A stretch of 64,000 bases of DNA from Takakia lepidozioides. Lineage: Eukaryota > Plantae > Bryophyta. The DNA is taken from contig CM060733.1 in NCBI GenBank assembly GCA_030704615.1, positions 25,172,001 through 25,236,000 on the forward strand, in the 5' to 3' direction. Under the pieces are notes generated by a model, which did not search any database, had not been told where the DNA came from, and worked only from the letters and a program-made list of their open reading frames with translations. Positions 59,701-64,000 of this stretch are shown here, piece by piece (within the stretch, counting starts at the first letter, position 1; each line of letters begins with the position of its first letter). A program made the position numbers and the translations under genes.

Positions 59701-62325
59701 TGTTGTTTCAGCGACCAATGTATCTCCAAAAGGGTTGATATATGATTTCTCATGTCATAACGCAAGGAATCACTCATCCTTAGGACTCCCCAATAACCCA
59801 AAACTTGTGTCTATAACTTCTATAGCTCTAATTGGGTTCCTCGGAATTTCACCCTTGTGGTGGATGGGTATTCTCAAACCAGACCAGGGGGGTGAATGAG
59901 AGTGCTCACCTTTTTAATGGACCACTGAGAAACACGGCCATCAGTTGAAATGGAAACAAGAGACTCCCCATGTTCAGAAGTTGAGTCAATCCACTGCAAT
60001 TTCCAAATGGGGTCACTGTGCTTGCCTGTTGCAACCCCGCTTTTCACTATGGGATCCACATCCTTTGGATTTCGCGCATCATAAATTGCCAGATTCCCAT
60101 CGTAGAACCCAACTGCATCAAGAAACATAGACTTGGGTGACATGAACAAAATCCTTATCAAGAATGTCAAGACTTCTGCAGTGGTTCTCCATGTATGCAC
60201 ATATGAACAAAATATCCCAAAATGCCTTGCTGGCTAAGAAGATGCCCATTGCCTGATGGCAATAATGCAAGCAAACCACAGCTGACTGTTGCTCAATACA
60301 GGCGCCCAGCCTATAAGAGACCTCACCAGCAAGAAGGCTAGGGCTCGAAGCTGCAAAATCAAGGGCAGTGACGCCTGATTTGGTAGCAATGGCTGCATGA
60401 GGATAACGTGGATTTTTTAGAGACCAAAATGCAATCATGCCATCTCGTTGCGATCCAAACTCGAACTGACCATAGCCCACTGCAAGCAGATTCTTGTTCA
60501 CCTGCAACCTCCATACTTGCATAACCAAGTCTCAATATACCTCAGCAAGTTCTGTGATCATGTAAATATCTATACAATTCTCTTAGACATTATCCTGATT
60601 TTGATCCTTTGACGAAGATTATGTCTTGATTCCTAGTTTCTGGGAATTTGAAAGGGAATTCACTGATGAGGTAAGTACTGATAGAGCATCTCATAGGAAC
60701 CCAAGGTGCCTCCAGATACATGTGCAGCAACACCCACCTGTTGACTGGGCCAGCGAGCCATACTCTTTGAGTGCATACTACAAGTGTCTACAGCAAGATC
60801 ATACTCATGAACTTCAGAATTCAGTTGTTGCCCCATTCTACGAACATCCTGCAGCTAGCATAGAGTAGGCTTGAAATGCCCAATACCAGGCATTGCTGGA
60901 TGCACTAAAAGGCGCGTTGAAATCAGCCACAGCCAGAACAGAGACAACCAAACTGTGGCATAGTTACCTTACCCATGTGGCATCTACAATTGAAAAAACA
61001 TGCACACTTACTTCTCACACCTAGACCCTGTCCATCTCCTCACCCTAAACACAATTTACAGGTCAAAATGTGTCAGAGACCTATCCCAGATGGTGATGCT
61101 ACCTTGTTCCATGTCATGCAGCTGATGTTCCTGCCTTCTGTCACATCGCACTCAAAAGCCCAAAGACTGTGCAATGATGTTATTGATGGCACTGTTGCTG
61201 GCAGCACGACAGTTGGAACAACTTCTTCAGGCTTTTCCTCAGTCTCTTCAGCAGGAGGAGGAGGTGGCGGAGGGGGCGTTGATTTCTTCTCTGTCTTTCC
61301 TTCCACTTTTGCTTTTCCATCCGCCTCAACAAGAGGCTCTTCCACAGGGGCAAACTCTCTTGGCCTGAAGTTTCGGTATGATAACAGCTGAACTCACACA
61401 ATACAGGTAAGATAAGTTTGGGAAGAAAGAGGGAAAGAAAGAGGGACACTTTATGTCGTCATGGAAAGCTCAAAGAGCTTATGGGACACAGAGATGTAGT
61501 CATAAGACGTTGTTTGCCGTAGCCTTGTTGTGGCCATCAACCCCGTGCCCAATTTGAGCGGACCACAGAGGGATAGAACCTACCTTTGTCAGGGGCTGAT
61601 GCTGGTAGTAAGACTTACCTTGGAATAAAGAATTGATCCGGGTTTTCCAGATATCCTCTAGAAATCCCTTTACACAAGCGTCAACCTGCTGTGTGTGGTT
61701 TGTATGTGACACACAGAGAAGGAGAAGAGGAGAAAGAAATGATATAGAGGGGAAATGATCATTAGAAGTTACGAGTAGAGGGAGCTTGAGGGAGAAAGAA
61801 ATGAAGCAATAACATCCCCGAGAGACCCTTTGGGCTATGGAGCACAATAGAACCAAAGAGAGAGACTTCATCCATGTAGAGTTTGTCCACACACGTAGGA
61901 AAGGACGAGAGGTCTCACTTTCATACTCTGAGCTACTTCCAGGCGGTCACTGCATGGAAGAGTGAGGGCCTGTATACCTGGTCATGGTATGTATTCTGAA
62001 CAAGAGCACGTTCCACGACCTCCAAAGCCTTCAATAACCCTGTGAGCTTGCCGAGGTCAGCCTGCTGTGCAATTTTCCCTTCAGCCCCATTGCTTCCAGC
62101 AGCACTGCCCAGCTCTGCATGGATATCCGATCCAGGGCTCATTGCCCTCAGAAAGTCCTCCAGTCCAACTGTTCCTCCACTTGTTGAGGGTCTCCGTGAA
62201 GCCACACTTGTTGATCCTCTTCGTGAGATTTGCCCTCCACTAGCGGATGGTCTACGTGAGAATCCTCCACTGGTTGATCCCCTCCTGGAGACAAGGCCCC
62301 CACTGACAGACTGTCGTCGTGATGC
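56712..62325 (-). CDS. DNAI4: Axonemal inner-arm (I1/f) dynein intermediate chain, WDR78/DNAI4/IC138-like; 3' ten exons (5' exons outside window)
   Basis: GT-AG exons in consistent phase: 62325-61978, 61387-61103, 60501-60327, 60112-59910, 59654-59527, 59010-58905, 58739-58659, 58063-57953, 57337-57194, 56801-56712. Motifs LLAVGYGQFEF, FWSLKNP, GKHSDPIW, SISTDGRVSQW, FISRRAAGLCFDF, YLVGTEEG, SYNEQY..GH.GPVY, SCSSDWTVRLW. Confidence 0.9.
61447..61702 (-). mobile_element. 5'-truncated (~250 bp) copy of the LINE 3' end, in a DNAI4 intron
   Basis: Collinear with 62477-62730 (GGAAAGCTCAA.GAGCTTATGGGAC, CATAAGACGTTGTTTGCCGTAGCC, HTQQVDACVKGFLEDIWK). Confidence 0.85.
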
Positions 62326-62477
62326 CTGCACACCTCAATCCCTGATTTATCAGGGAGCTTGTCACCCTCAGTATTTCCACAGAAAAAGTGACATTCAGCT
62401 TTGTTAACAAATGGATAGGCATTGGTTAGGCAAATCTACAGTGCCCAAATTACACTCACTAACAGTGTAATACATGC

Positions 62478-64000
62478 ACTTTATAACGTCCGTGGAAAGC
62501 TCAAGGAGCTTATGGGACGAGATTGTACTCATAAGACGTTGTTTGCCGTAGCCTTGTGGCCATGGACCCCGCGCCCAGTTTGAGCGGGAACAAAAGGGAC
62601 AGAACCTACCTCTGTCAGGGGCTGACGTTGGTAGTGTGACTTACCATCATATATAGAATTAATCCGGGTTTCCAGATATCCTCTAGAAATCCCTTCACAC
62701 AAGCATCAATCTGCTGTGTGTGATTTGCCCAAAAACTAGGCCTCAGGAGGGCCTGGGCTTTTGGCTCAGCCTCGAGACTTTCAAAGTTGTTAAACAGGGG
62801 TACAGGCACAATTCCCTTGATAGAATTGAAGAGAGCGTCTCTTTGGTGAGAGAACCCCGGACAGTGTATCAGAAAGTGAATACTGTCTTCAGATTGCCCA
62901 CACAGCGGGCAGTTGCACTCTCCCTTTCCTCTCTGCTTCTGTTTGCTGTTCAAAGGTAGGCTTCCTGCCCTGAGTTTAAATTTCAGTCTAGTGCCGAGAG
63001 TGGGTAGACCCTTGAGGTCATCCAAGATGTCCTCCCCCATGTCACTGACTGGAAACAAGTTCAGGGAAGTTTTCTGCCTAACTTCATTTTCATCAGACAA
63101 TCTCATGGCAACAGACATGGCTGAGGACACTACAGCCTCTAAGTCAGATTTATCCAACAGGGTCAAGACTTGCGGATCCCAGGTCCTTGAGAATCTCTTC
63201 TACTCTCTTCTGCCAGGACTTACCCTGTTTGACAGGGCGGTCCTGTTTCCAAGATATAGAGTCGATTAACTTAGGATATCTGGTGTTGGGCATATGTTGC
63301 AGCTGACCCCACCATCTGACCTTGAATTCATCTCGTCGGGAGTTTAAGGACGGAATGCCAAACTCACCCCGAACAGCCACATTGGGTGTTTTGGAGCATA
63401 CTGACATACACTCCTTAAGCACCCCCACTTGAATGGATTCTAGAGACTTAGCCTGGTTGGAGTTATCAACCCATATAGCAGATCCGTACTCCAAGGCAGG
63501 TCTAATAACGCGACAAAGCATGGTTTTCTTAACCTCAGAGTTGACCCCTCTGCAGTGGAAAAATTTAGTGAGCCCCAGAGCTTTGCCCTTGCCAGTTTGA
63601 ACAACTTTCCGGATATGTGCATCCCAATTACAATTGGAGGAAAACTCAACGCCCAGGTAAGTGTAGGAAGGGAGGACCGGGATCCACTGCCACTTAAGAT
63701 CACTTCCTCCCTCTCCTCTGTCGTTGAATGCTACCACTGCACATTTGCTGACATTAGCCTCTAGCCCCCAAAGATCAAAGTATCTCTTCGCGCAATCAAT
63801 CAACTCCTGGAGATTGGTTGGAGTCTCCCCTATGCCTGCGAAGTCATCCGCAAACATAAGGGCTGGTATGGTGGTATCACCCACCCTTAACCCAAATCCC
63901 TCACTTTCCACATCCTCGAGGAGTTGATTGATGAAAACATTGAAGAGCAGAGGGGAGAGAGTACATCCTTGAGCTACACCTTGGTCTATGTCAAAGAAGT
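62478..64000 (-). mobile_element. Non-LTR retrotransposon (LINE, RTEX-like), 3' part of ORF2 and 3' UTR, in a DNAI4 intron
   Basis: GVAQGCTLSPLLFNVFI, LMFADDF, YTYLGVEF, IRPALEYGSAIW, TPNVAVRGEFG, FKLRAGSLPL, CPLC..EDSIHFLIHC; frameshift at ~63165. Confidence 0.88.

Noticed and set aside
56712-62325. Assigning the WD40 dynein chain to outer-arm DNAI1
   Set aside because: The motifs ISRRAAGLCFDF and SYNEQY..GH.GPVY fit WDR78/IC138 better, and flagellated land plants lack outer dynein arms; a phylogeny would settle it.

Overview
Eukaryotic, TE-dense window, most likely from a non-flowering land plant with flagellated sperm. This is inferred from an intron-containing inner-arm dynein intermediate chain gene (WDR78/DNAI4/IC138-like) and a PLS-class PPR pseudogene. 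About 49 kb is nested transposons. (A) 1-7004: 3' half of an Athila-like Ty3/Gypsy element, inserted into (B). (B) 7005-16982: a related element on the minus strand, itself inside a CACTA element that ends at a TIR at 20648 and carries TnpA-like and FCP1/HAD-phosphatase-like coding segments. Next is a Ulp1-like gene on the minus strand. It is interrupted by (D) a two-LTR Galadriel-like chromovirus with an internal RT deletion (23389-30212, TSD GTCCA) and cut off by (C) 31065-41512, a near-identical inverted copy of A. A 500-N gap follows. (E) 42013-49155 is the stand-out system: a Gypsy LTR retrotransposon whose polyprotein has a DNMT3-like cytosine-5 methyltransferase between protease and RT and a PHD finger after integrase. 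The second notable system is the A/B/C family, whose consensus pol appears to read in frame into a ~1,280-aa extra region and which has an LTR-initiated ORF upstream of gag. The last 15 kb holds PPR-derived repeats, a MULE/SWIM-like fragment, a PPR pseudogene, the DNAI4-like gene and an RTEX-like LINE in its intron. Many single-base frameshifts may be long-read errors. No database searches were run; family calls rest on motif recognition.
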